A stretch of 64,000 nt of DNA. It comes from Felis catus. Taxonomy: Eukaryota. Below the pieces are notes generated by a model. That model did no database searches, was not told the origin of the DNA, and saw only the letters and a list, made by a program, of their open reading frames with translations. The DNA lies in assembly GCF_018350175.1 (NCBI RefSeq), contig NC_058368.1, positions 46,812,001 to 46,876,000 of the forward strand, read 5' to 3'. Made by a program: the position numbers and the translations under genes. Shown here one piece after another: positions 14,881-27,090 of the stretch (the first letter of the stretch is position 1; each line of letters starts with the position of its first letter).

Positions 14881-17800
14881 GAAGAGAAATGAAATGAAAA
14901 GATAAAAGGAAGGAGAAGAAAAAAAAAAGTACTTTTGCTTTAAAGTGAGGAAAAGTGTATAGTCATGAGTCTTTCTCATATGGACCACACACCTGCAAGA
15001 GCTCAAATGTTTTCTCTTCTGGATTTATGTCCCAGAACAAGCAAGGGCTTAGCAGCAAACCCCTATGTTAAATGAGTCTGGCTTTCTTTCAGTTCCATTT
15101 TTGTGCTTTTACTCATAAAATAAGACCTATTCCCTGCCTCAAAAGCTCAAGAACTAGAAGGGTGAGACAGGACAGGGGGGCTTTAAGTGTAATTTTCATT
15201 CAAGTTTGTTTTAAGCGAGTGCCAGCCACTACATCAGACAGTGCTGAAACCGAAGGTAGGAGGCAAGTCCAGCCCTCAAGGGGCTTCCAGCCCTTTATAG
15301 GTTCAGAAGGCTGTAGTGATTGTTCTCTAGTGATACAGCAAATGTTTGGTCTGGTTTCTTGACAAAGCACTGAAGCTTGCCTCACTGGTGGATAAAAGCG
15401 GTGACGAGTTCACTAGCCTTTTGATGACAAAGGTTGAAGGAGGCTTTTAGTGGTAGGCTAGAATTTCATCATAATTCAAATGTTGCCTGTTCAATTTTCA
15501 ATCTCATAACTCCGTAGTCCTTTCCCTTCAATTAGCAAAATAAATCACTGGAGAGCGGGAGCTGACAACTGGAAATTTCCAACTTGTATAATCCATCTCT
15601 TTTTCCAGAGGGAACCTTGACATACTCTTCTCACAAGTTTTAAGCTTCTCTCCCAAACCCTTTGCCAAAGTTGTTTTTGGAAAGGCTAAAGAATTGTGGA
15701 CAAAGTAAAAGTGTGAGGAGAGACCTTGAGGTGGAATATTATTATCTCGGGAGACCGGCAGCCTAGGGATTCGTCTTGCTTTCTTTTATATAGAAATAAA
15801 ACACCAGGGCTAAGCTCCTGTTCACAAGCAGCCCAGATGCTCAGCCTCTTTTTCCTTTTGATGTATATTTGTGTATGAAAGCTTCATTTTCTTTGTTCCA
15901 GTGAGTGAGGGAGTTTGGTGCTTTCAGTAGAAAGCATCTACTTTTATTTCCTTTATTGGAATGGATATTTCTCCCACAGAGAATTGTCCGTATTTGTCTA
16001 TGGGTCTTCCTTTCTCTATTCACAGATCTCCTGGTTGAATCTTTTTCTTTCCCTTACCAGAAGTCCACATGGCATGCTTCCAATTGTGTTTATCCACTCC
16101 AGCTAATTGACAGCCACATAAGTGCAAGTAATGTGAGGTATTATTGTGAGAGATTTCTGTTTGCCTCTTTAATTAAGCAGTTGTTCACAGGTGCATACAG
16201 TTACAACAAAATTAATTGATAGCTTTATATCACACTTCTTGAGCCCACTGCTATTTGATGTTTGCAAACACAACTATTAGATTTGTCTTATCTTGTATAT
16301 AGGGAGTTATTTCTCCTTTTCTTCTAACAGAGGTTAGGACAGGTCGCCCTAAATACTAGAAAATCTATCAAAGCAGAAAAAGATAATTTTCCTAAGAAGG
16401 AAACAAAGTGGAATATTTATTTATGGAACATTTTAGCACCACTGAGAAGTACAATAGAAGCTTTTTAAGTTTCTGTATGCACAGCAAGTTTCCTGAATGT
16501 CAAAAATCATTGCTGCCCAAACCAAATAGCTTCCTGTGAAGGCTCTGTGTTTATCTTTCAATGATATGGAGGAGTCACAGGCACTTACAGCAGGCAACTG
16601 GCATTTCCTGGGATTACATTTTATTAGTAGTCATTTTTCACTCTTTTCTGTATTTTATCTGAGTACCAACAAGGCACCTTCCTTTCTCAGTTCATAGTGG
16701 GGCTTCCTTCCAAGGAGAAATATAAACAGATGCACTGCTATTAATGTGTCCCACTTGCTGCAAGGAGCCGGAGGTTGGTGTTGGAAGGGACCTCACTCTC
16801 ATTGACCCTTGGATAGGCGGCCTGGGAGAAAGATTGATGTGTGGCCTCCCAAGTGAAACTTCCTGAATTGGAGTCCTGTACTTTCATTTATTACCTGTGT
16901 GTTATGAGCAAGTTACTTAACTTCTCTGTCCCTCCACTTACTTATGGATGAATGAGGATAACTAAGGATGTACCTCATAGAAATGTTGTGACAATTAAGT
17001 GAGTGAAGTAAGTTTTAGAACTAGTCTTAGTCTTAACTCAGACTAGTTTCAGTCTGGCAAATGCAGAATAAGCTACAGCTACTATTAGTGGATTGGGTGA
17101 TTTAGGTAGTTTACTTAAACTTTTTTAGTCTCACTGTAATTTCTCACTGTTTTCTCACTGTAACTTCTGAATATGAATACTGATTTGTTAATTGCATAAA
17201 ATGTTAGAGGTTTGTTAATACTTTAATTGTTACTATTGTAAAGACTTCCTAACTTTTACACTTACATATGTGATGTTTCCAAGAGTACAGCGCCTATTTT
17301 AACAACAATATTAATTTCTGGTCATGTGTCTTTTGTTATTTCTGTTCTCCATCTATCTTCCTTTCTATAGGTGACTTTAGTCCTCTACCATGGCAGATGG
17401 TGAAACAGGTAAAGTGAAAAACTCTCCAAGCATGTGGAGAGGGTGGTTTAATGGCCCCGAAGTCTCTGTTTACTACTGAATTACTTGTTCTCTTGTCACT
17501 TAGTAGAACTTTTTGGAACTTTTATGACAAAATCCAGAGAATATCAAATTAAAATATATATTTAACCCTTAGGAGAAATTCCTCTTGCACATTTGAATTA
17601 GTGACATATTCGGGTAGATTGCACTATCAGATTAGGAGATCATCACTTAGAGGAAATCTTAGAAGGGTATAATGTCAAATATGAAGAATCTTATTAGGGA
17701 TGGTGGGGGGGGGGGAGTTGTTTACCAAGCCTTCAACTTGGTGAAATGTTTCACTCTGATCTCTGTGGCTGGATGAATTCCCAGTAGCAGGACTGATCCA

Positions 17801-19019
17801 GAGGATTGCTATCTGGTATATTTTTCAGAAGCACATGTAGACAATGAGCAGCATAAAATCATATTTGAGATAGAAACACAAAAGATCACACTAAAGACAC
17901 TAAATCTGTCATCAGCTTTGAAGAATAAATTTGGAGTGTGGAGTGGAAGATGAAATCTAAAAGGTCAAGACCTGCACAAACTCAGGAGTGGAGTTAAAAG
18001 GCAAAGAATAGGGCAAGAATAAGGCCAGAGGACATAGAACTGGCCAAGAACAAGCCTGGATGATGTGCCGAGCTCCCACTTCCCGGCGCGGTCTGCAGGA
18101 TGTGTGGTTGGGGCTGACTATAAAAGGCACAGTATGGATGCACATGAAAGTGATATCATCCTTTGCTTTTGCAAGTTTTGCACTGAACACAGGTTAAATT
18201 TTCCTTCTTGATTTTAACTGAAAACTTGAGATTTTAAGGGAGAGAATGAGAGGCTTAAGGGAGTTGATGAAAGAAACACAAATGCTTTTACATCTGCAAG
18301 CCCAGGTCAAGGAGAAAGAGAAGTTTGTATATGCCAATTGATGCTGGTCATGACTCAAGATAGTGGCCTCTGGGAACCAGGACCTGGTACCACTTGGATT
18401 GGTGCCATTTGGAACAGACAGCAGTTGGCTCTATCCAGACCTTCTATCCTATCATCTAATTTCTGCCCAAATGTGGGACTCTCCCATTTCTTCCACACAC
18501 TAGCATTCATCTTTTTTCCAACTCTCCCTCCATTCTGATATGCTCTTCCTTATCTGTACTTGTCACCTACAGCAACTCCTTTATTTTAAACATCTTTCCT
18601 TGAAAGACCTTTTCATCTTCTTGTGCATGAAACATATTCATGTCATGGACCACTCTCTGTGTTCACAATCCTCTCATTTGCCTCGTATGGTCTTCCCAGC
18701 TACTCAGTGATGAGTGATGGTCTTCAGAAACTGAGACTGTTAACCTATCCTGTGTCTTTCTACTCTGCCTGTCATTACCACCTTGAGCAATTTAAATTTC
18801 CTGCATAGCAAAGCTAAGGGCATAGTCTAATCATTTCTTGACTCTCTAAACCCCTTCAGCTCCACTGCTTGTCAGTAACTCAACCATATGATTGCATTTG
18901 GGAATTTGACCACAGAGTAAATCACTTAATTTCTGGAATCTTGAACTCTTATTTCTTTTTCCTCTTCTTCTCCTCTTCCTCCTTCTTCTTCTCCTTCCTC
19001 CTCTTCTTCTTCTCATTCT

Positions 19020-19030
19020 TCTTTTCCTTT

Positions 19031-19080
<50 letters not shown>

Positions 19081-19240
19081 AGTGGGGGAGGGGGCAGAAG
19101 GAGAGAAGGAGAAAGAATCTTAAGCAGGCTCCATGCTGAGCACGGAGCCTGACACATGGCTCAATCACATGACCCTGGGATCATGACTTGGTCTGAAATC
19201 AAGAGCAGATACTGAACCAACTGAGTCACCCATGCACCCC
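19020..19240 (-). mobile_element. CAN-SINE with (TG)n expansion
   Basis: Reverse SINE ending ...ctgagtcacccatgcacccc; (TG)n at 19034-19076. Confidence 0.85.
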
Positions 19241-20092
19241 TCTTTTGTTTATTTCTTATACAGTTATGGAAATCTTTTACTTAAAATTTGCACTACTTAA
19301 ATATTATCAGATTGCTACAGCACATGAAACAGAGTGGGATAATAAAGAGATGAGGCCTCTGATCCAACCAGATAGAAATGCATGTGTTGTAGCAGATATT
19401 GAGACTTAGGTTGGTCGTTCACAAACAGATAGCTTCACCCCAAACCTCCTCTGTAGCCACATCTTCAAGGGGAGGTAAGGGGTGATGAGCACCATGTAAC
19501 TAGCTCCCTGAGCCAAACTGCTAATCTCTCACGGTTTAGGTAGAGACTGGCTGTGTGCGGCACATTGAGCCATGATCTGAGAAGCTCTGATGGGGCACTG
19601 TTTGTCCATCCACAAAATTAGCACACAGTCAGCCTAGGGAGGATTCCTGTGAATGTCCGGCTAATCCAGCAGGGTTCTCCAGCAGACTCCTGGTGGAGAG
19701 AGGCTAGTGTGGTGGAGAGAAGAGAGGCCTGGCAGCTCTTTAAGGCAGCCCCGATTGGGTATCTTTACTGACTTTGGAACTTCCATGGTGAACCGTGCAC
19801 CTCTAACATTTATTCTCAGTACAAAGTAGCAAAGCAAAATAAGAACTTGTCTTATTCTTCACTTTGTCCACAAGCTGCTAGCTCTCTGCTGTGGAAATCC
19901 AGGAGATGTGCTGCCAGCAAACTTTACAGCTCTGACCCCTTCACTTCCTGTTTTCTAATGAGGCAGAGTCTCTATTTTTATTCTCTTTTCTTAAAATGGG
20001 GGAGGGGAAGGGGGTGTCCTGGATTGATTCCATCTTTAAACCCCAACTTCCAATAAAATTGAACTTGAGACAGGAAAAAAAAAAACAAACAA

Positions 20093-20093
20093 C

Positions 20094-20127
<34 letters not shown>
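20093..20127. repeat. (CA)n microsatellite
   Basis: Seen directly. Confidence 0.95.
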
Positions 20128-20128
<1 letters not shown>

Positions 20129-21817
20129 GAAAACAACCCCCCCCCAAAAAAAAAAACAAAGAGGGAAATAGAATAAAAAAAATATAACTGAGAAAAAAAG
20201 AAAAGAAGGCAAGAAACAAGGTTAGTATATACATGAATATACACCCCAAGTCTAATTGTTAGACATGAACTGATTCCCAAAACAAAGAAGAAAATTTGAT
20301 CACAGTTCCTGTAAGGGAAACACAGTTCCTGTAAGGGATACACAGTGCTATATGATCTCCTTTAGGTGTGATAAAAGTGAAAATGTTTTCAATATCCCTA
20401 GGGTTAGCCCTGCTAATAATTGTTGTTTCTTATTATATTTCTTATTATGTGCTCTAATGATGTCAGTGTCATTCTCTTGAGAACATGCAGTAAAAGCAAT
20501 CATTATTAACCCAAAACAATGTGTTATAAATATGCAACTGCACTGACCCTAGAATAAAATTTAGAATATCTGCAATAATCTGTAAGTCATAGATCTTTTA
20601 TGAATATTATTTCTTGAAATGAAATCCTTGAGAAGACTTGGACACTAAAGAGTTCAAAGTTAACATTGATTGTGACAAAAAAAAAAGGAAAAGGAAAATA
20701 TGAGAATTCTATGTTGCAGTTTTAAAGTGGAGTTACATGCTTGACCCTTGACTAACAGAGGATAAACTTGAAATATATTTTTCAAAACTAGTCCTGCCAC
20801 CTTTGTTTGGAGGTGGGCCAAGGGAGTGACTGTGAGAAGGGGTGAGATTTCCTTGAAAAATGTTTCTGCCTCTGCTTCAACCAAATAGACAGATTGCCCC
20901 GATGATTTCCAAAATGGTAGCTGATAATTCTCCCCCTCTGTCTCCCAACATGGCCATAAAACATCTCACACAAAGTATCTATAAAATATATCTCATTTTA
21001 AACAATGTACCTCCTGGTGAACCTTCAAGATAGATTAATTGGCAAAATGTATCCACAGATAACTGAATGATTTGACCTGTTACACAGAAGTGTTGGCTCT
21101 AAGCCAGTTACTGCTAGAGGACATCTGCCAAAACTTAAGATTTGAGTTTTGAATAGTTGATCCTATGCCACCATTTCTGACAATAATTAAAAGGCAGAAT
21201 CAATTACGTGTTGAGGTCATTTCTAGTACATGACAATCAAACCATTTCATTGATGTAGAAAAGAATACTTTCCCCTCTTCTTCTCCTCAATATCAGTGGT
21301 AGTAGATAATTCATCCAAAAACAGAACGAAATTAGTAAAGTATGAAGAATAGAATCTAAAACACATTGTTGTTTTTCTCATTTGAAATTATTTCTTCTTA
21401 TGTCTGAAGAAACCATGCCAATAGACTTCGTCATTTGAGGGATATTAAGATGGAAATCCTGTGTGAACAACAGACGGGTTCTCTGCCATGGGCTCCTACA
21501 GCTAACTTGCTCACTGATTTAAAGACCAGAGAAAGGTCCATAAAAGCTACAAACATTATTAGGTCATTTCGGCTCTATGCATTCCAAGCTACACATTCAG
21601 TCGCCACCACTGGATGGTGACACTAACGTTTTGCAAAACATCTGGCACATAGTAGGTGCTCAGTCTTGCTTAATTAAAACATGGGCTCTGTGATAAATTG
21701 TGGATTACTGAGTCTGAAGTTCATTTGTTCTTATATAGAATATTATCTTGAAAAATATAGATTTGTAAGTTATCAAAGAGAATACTAGAACAAAATTGAG
21801 ATAGAATTTAAGGTAAG

Positions 21818-21818
<1 letters not shown>

Positions 21819-21862
<44 letters not shown>

Positions 21863-21932
21863 TACATATATACACATATATACGTATGTACATATGTACA
21901 TATATATACATGTACATATATGTATATATATA
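21819..21932. repeat. (TA)n / TACA compound microsatellite
   Basis: Seen directly. Confidence 0.95.
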
Positions 21933-22729
21933 TTTCAGAAGAATAGTAAATGATAGTCCTTTAAAGTATAGGACAGATAGTATATTAGGCCCTTCTACAA
22001 AGATCTTAACCACAGGATAGAAGAAAAGAAAAGATAGACAAAGTGTCAAGGACGAGTACCTATCAGTGAATATGTATCTCTAATAATTCTAAATGCAGGA
22101 AAATATATCCAGGACATTTTTTTACTTGAATTTTTAAATTATATGTTTCTATATGAAGAATGAGTTCAATCAACAAACAACGTGAATCTAAAAGTTAAAA
22201 GAATTATGTTTATATTAGTAGGCCAGGAAAAATTAAGATTTCATTCCTGAAAAAGAAAAGATTTCATTCCTGAGAATTCAATACATATTTTACTTCTTCA
22301 ACCACATTCACTGGAGTTGTTACAGACAAAGAAATCCAAGAATCTGTATCATTCCTTATCTATATAAACAAATCTAGCTTCTCTAGCAAGGATTTATTGT
22401 ACTTAAGCTTTCTGGATAAAATCAGAAGATTTTGGTACAACTTAAATTTTCTTAAACATTTTATGGTCTTTTTTATGAGTTATGAATTGTCTTAGCTTCC
22501 CTAACCAAGTTGCTTCTGAGGACCTGCATATACTGAGATAGTACAAAGACTTTCTAAGAGTGAAGGTGTAGATAGTTGTAAGGGAATCAATTTCCAGACC
22601 TTCAACGTGTATGCATTCTCCTCTCTATAAGATCTCCCCTTTCACTGTGGCTTCACAAAGATAGGCTTAGCAAGGTGCCTTGTCCCCGGGTGTAAAACCC
22701 TCTGGGAGCCAAACAAATGGACCAACAGG

Positions 22730-22733
<4 letters not shown>

Positions 22734-22767
<34 letters not shown>

Positions 22768-22790
22768 CACACATGCACGCACACACACGC
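22734..22790. repeat. (TG)n-(CG)n-(CA)n alternating purine-pyrimidine tract
   Basis: Seen directly. Confidence 0.9.
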
Positions 22791-23025
22791 ATGGGCGCCC
22801 ACCAAAAAGGAAATGGCTTTAATGATCCTTGAGGTAAAGCCTTCAAAAGCCAAATAGATTCCAATTCTTGACTTTGAACAAATCTACGGAGGATTTTGTA
22901 GTATAGTCAGCTGAAAAACCATTTGAAATATTTATTGATGATAGCCACTGTGTAATATTTTTTGCAGTGTACCCCAGGAGGATTTTAAAGAATCGAGTTA
23001 TACTACCGAGATCAGCTTCATGGGT

Positions 23026-23635
23026 ATAAAACCTGTGCTGTTACATGGGACACTGCAATCAGAGGGCCCTGTGCTTGGTTTAATGTCTCTGCTGTTAATG
23101 TTTTGAAAATTTAAATAATTTTATCTTTGCACTTGTGTTTTGCAAGTGAAGTCTGATGGAACAATGACAGGTGAAAATGAGCAAAGGAGATATGCACGCA
23201 CTATGTGTATCTACTATTCCTTGCTTGTCCCTTTTTCATAGTGTCTGTGGGGCCCAACAACACTTAATTCTGGTGGACCCTTGATGCCTGTGACATCAGC
23301 AAAACTCAAAGCAACTACCTGGTGAGTGTATTACATCAGCAACTGAGTAAAGAATTGTGAGATCAAGACCACCATTGGGCTCCGTGCATAGCCTGCTTAG
23401 GATTCTGTCTCTCCCTCTCTCTGCCCCTTCCCTGGTCACGTGCACTCTCTCTCTCCCTCTTGCTCAAAATAAATAAATAAACATTAAAAAAAATTCATGA
23501 TAAGTCAAGAGAGAGATTGTGGAGTAAATGAAAAAACTTTATAGTAACTTTAATGTCACTTTATTCCTACTTTCTGAACAAGGGGCCCACATTTTTATTT
23601 TGCACTGGGCCCAACAAAGTATTTAGACGGTCCTG
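23026..23635 (+). mobile_element. hAT-Tip100 element (MER45-like) containing a partial CAN-SINE at ~23359-23492
   Basis: Ends cagcttcatggg...gggccctgtgcttggtttaatg and tgaacaaggggccc...ttttgcactgggccc...ggtcctg match recalled MER45. Confidence 0.65.
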
Positions 23636-23927
23636 AACACTGTTCCAGCAAAACATCCACTTCCATCTACTTCTTTTATGTGGCTAAGTAAGCAAAGCTC
23701 ACCATGCTTTTCCTTATAAAAATGAAAGATTAGAATGAAATTCTGAAAATGATCACATTCAAAAATAATAGTGATCCATGGGCATGAAAAATAGCACCAC
23801 CCTCCTCTTTAGAGTTGCATTTTCAATAAAAGTTTGCCTTATGTATTTAATAATTACCTCTAAAGATATGTAATTTATAACTTGGGGGGTACTATACAAA
23901 AAGCAATGCTAATTCTCTCCAGAACAA

Positions 23928-24149
23928 TTTTATTTATTTATTTTTAATGTTTATTTATTTTTGAGAGAGACAGACAGACAAAGTGTGAGTGGGGGAGGGT
24001 CAAAGAGAAAGGGAGACACAGAATCCAAAGCAGGCTCCAAGCTCTGAGCTGTCAGCACAAAGCATGGTGCAGGGCTCAAACTCAAGAAGTATGAGATCAT
24101 GACCTGAGCCGAAGTCGGTGCTTAACCAACTGAGCCACCCAGACGCCCC
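23928..24149 (-). mobile_element. CAN-SINE
   Basis: Reverse consensus ending ccccagacgcccc; degenerate TSD. Confidence 0.93.
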
Positions 24150-24730
24150 TATCCAGGATAATTTTAAACACTCAGAGCTGGTCCTAGGCATTAAGAAGTC
24201 AGGTTAATTTCTACTTATAGACAGTTGGGTTGTATAAAAGTACAATAGAGTAGTTCAATAAACGACAGTCAATATCAAAATACTCTAAATACTTTATGTT
24301 ATGGGACAGTTCACGTTATGTTTAGAACTACAAATATTTATAATTTCACAGCTTCTGTAAATCAGGATCAGAGGCAGCTTATCTAGGTGAGTCTGGCTCA
24401 GGGTCTGTCACCATGCGGTAAGTATTTGTCACTCTGCTAAAGGTTCTACCTTTGGAAGGCACACTGCCAAGCTCACTCGTGGGAATTGACAGGACTCAGG
24501 TCCTCTCGGGCTGCCAGACAGAGGGCCTGGGTTACTCCTTGCTTGTTGGAGGAAGGCTTCTTCTGGTTCCTTGCTAGCAGGGGGGGGTCTCTGAAGAGCC
24601 TTCATAAAATAACACCCTTTATAAAAAAGGTGTAACCCTTTTTTCATACATAAATATGTATATACATATATGTTTGTGTATATATGCTATTTAGTGTATA
24701 TATTATATATATTATGTATATGATTTTGTG

Positions 24731-24767
<37 letters not shown>

Positions 24768-24770
<3 letters not shown>

Positions 24771-25192
24771 GAATTGTGGCCCTTGACTTGGAATCTGTGA
24801 ATGTGACCTTATCTGGAAAAGGGTCTTTGCAGATGTAATTAAGTTAAAAATCTTGAGATCGTTCAGGATTTAGGATGGGCCCCAAATCCAAGGACATGTG
24901 TCCTTATGAGAGAAAGAGAGAGGGAAATTTGAGACACAGAGACAGAAAGAAGAAGGCAAAGGGAAAACAGAGGAAGAGACTGGAGTGATGTGTCTACAAG
25001 CTAAGATCAGCTAGGACTACTGCAGCCAACAGAAGCCAACAGAGAGGCTTGGAATAGAGCCTCCAGAAGAAAATCACCCTTCTGAAATCTGGATTTTGGA
25101 TTTGTGTCTCTCAAAGCTGTGAGAAGATATATACATTTCTGTTGTTTTCGGCCACCCGGTTTGTGGTAATTTGTTAGAGCAGTTCTAGGAAA

Positions 25193-25197
<5 letters not shown>
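24768..25197 (+). mobile_element. MaLR LTR (MLT1B/C-like) between (TG)n 24728-24769 and (TA)n 25197-25249
   Basis: gtgaatgtgaccttatctggaaaagggtctttgcagatgtaattaag...ctaggaaactaata. Confidence 0.85.
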
Positions 25198-25252
<55 letters not shown>

Positions 25253-25931
25253 ACATAGATATATATCACATATCATATATTACATCTATGATGTAGAGAA
25301 AGAAATCACTATATATATAGAAAGAAAGCACTATAGATACTTAGAGGCTAAATTATTTCTCCTATGTACAGATGCTCCATCATAGCACTAGGACCCAGAA
25401 TGTCCAGTGTTATTTCATTATGAATGTCGTATCGTGACCTGTGGCTCAGATCAATTCAAGATCTATTCTTCCCAATTCTGCCACCTTTTCTTCTTTCCTC
25501 CCTTTTCCACTTCTCTCCTGGTCCCCCTGGCACTGCTTTGCTCCCCCATGGGCATACATCTGGGTCCCATCAGTTCCACATTGTTCTTGGTGGTGTCTTA
25601 ATTCTGAGCCCCTGCAGCGAAAGCTATGGAGCCGCACAGGTGTGGGGACTCTATTTCCAACAAGGCTTCTGTGTACTTTTGGATTTGCTTCCCCCTGATT
25701 GACTTTTACTGTATCTGCCATCAAGTGGTAGGCTGTGAAACTACAACTTGATAAGGAGAAGTCACTGTGACCATGTGTGTGACACACACATGTAGGGTCT
25801 GTGTTAGAGGCTGCCAAGTGTCAATAAGTGATCAATTATTGATCATGAATCCAAGCTGGAACGCTGTATGACTGATGACAAGCTATTACTTAGAAAGAAC
25901 GTTGCACCCCCTACATTAACATATCTATTCT

Positions 25932-26156
25932 GGGGGCGCCTGGGTGGCTCGGTAGGTTAAGCGTCCGACGTCGGCTCGGGTCATCTCACGGTCCGTGAGT
26001 TCGAGCCCCGTGTCGGGTTCTGTGCTGACCGCTCAGAGCCTGGAGCCTGTTTTGGATTCTGTGTCTCCCTCTCTCTCTGCTCCTCCCCTGTTCATGCTCT
26101 GTCTCTCTCTGTCTCAAAAACAAATAAACGTTAAAAAAATTTTTTTTAATGAAAAA
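25932..26156 (+). mobile_element. Feline CAN-SINE
   Basis: Perfect 14-bp TSD aacatatctattct at 25918-25931 and 26157-26170. Confidence 0.97.
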
Positions 26157-26443
26157 AACATATCTATTCTAAAAAGGGTGTTTAACATAGCAATTTCTGT
26201 GACTTCACTTCAATTCCATGGGTCCAGTATACCTTAGCTAGTGATTAGTCTCAATCAGGATCTTAATTTTCCAAAAGCTGCAGTTCTGGTGGAAAACATT
26301 AACAAGAATTTACTTTTGTCAGTAGAAGTGCAAACATAAGTACAATTCATATATTTTTTTGTTATTCTTTCTTTTAGATAATAGCTAGCTTTTTATCCTA
26401 AGATAACATACAAAAAGTTAAACATATTTTTTAGAAGAATTTA

Positions 26444-26522
26444 GGGGTGCCTGGGTCGCTTGGTGGCTTAAGTGTCAACTCTTGACTTCAGCTCAGGTCA
26501 TGATCTCAAGGATGTCAGATCA
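26444..26522 (+). mobile_element. 3'-truncated CAN-SINE head
   Basis: ggggtgcctgggt...ctcaggtcatgatctc with no tail. Confidence 0.75.
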
Positions 26523-26569
26523 TGTCAATCTCATGCTTACCATTCTGTAATGACACCCCATTTTTTACA

Positions 26570-27090
26570 AAGGCCAAATTCCCAATGGTAGCCCATCACA
26601 CTTACATGATCTGCCACCCCAGCTCCTCTCTGAACACTTCTCTGAACTCTCTTGCCCTGATCTAGACACACTGATTTCCTTGCGGTTCTTAAATATGCCA
26701 GGCAGAGAACCAATTTAGGAGCAATTTACTGGTTTCTCCCTCTGCCTGGTTTACTTTTCTCCCAGCAAAGGCTAACTTCTTTACCTTCTTCAACCTTTGC
26801 CCAAATGTCCCCTTGTTAAAGAGGCCTACCTGACAACCACTCATAAGACTATCTACCCCACTCTCTATGACTTCATCTACTCTCATCCACCTTATTACAG
26901 CACTTTCACCCTCAACATGTATTATAAATTATGTATTTATGATGTTTGTTTTTTATGGACTATTCTCCCCCATTAGAATATAAGCATGATATGGGGAAGA
27001 ATCTTTGTTTTGTTCACTACTGTATAATAAAGATCCTAGAACAGTGTCTGAAACATAGTAAGCACACAATAAATATTTTTGAATGAAAGG
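26570..27090 (+). mobile_element. LINE-2 3' fragment
   Basis: tgttttgttcact...cctagaacagtgtctgaaacatagtaagcacacaataaatatttttgaatgaa, an L2 terminus. Confidence 0.75.

Noticed and set aside
19941..22864. Low-complexity ORFs (CVCV, THTH, YIYI)
   Set aside because: They are microsatellite translations.
25407..25817. Overlapping ORFs of up to 123 aa
   Set aside because: No recognisable domain or convincing splice context, and it does not fit the RGS motif order.
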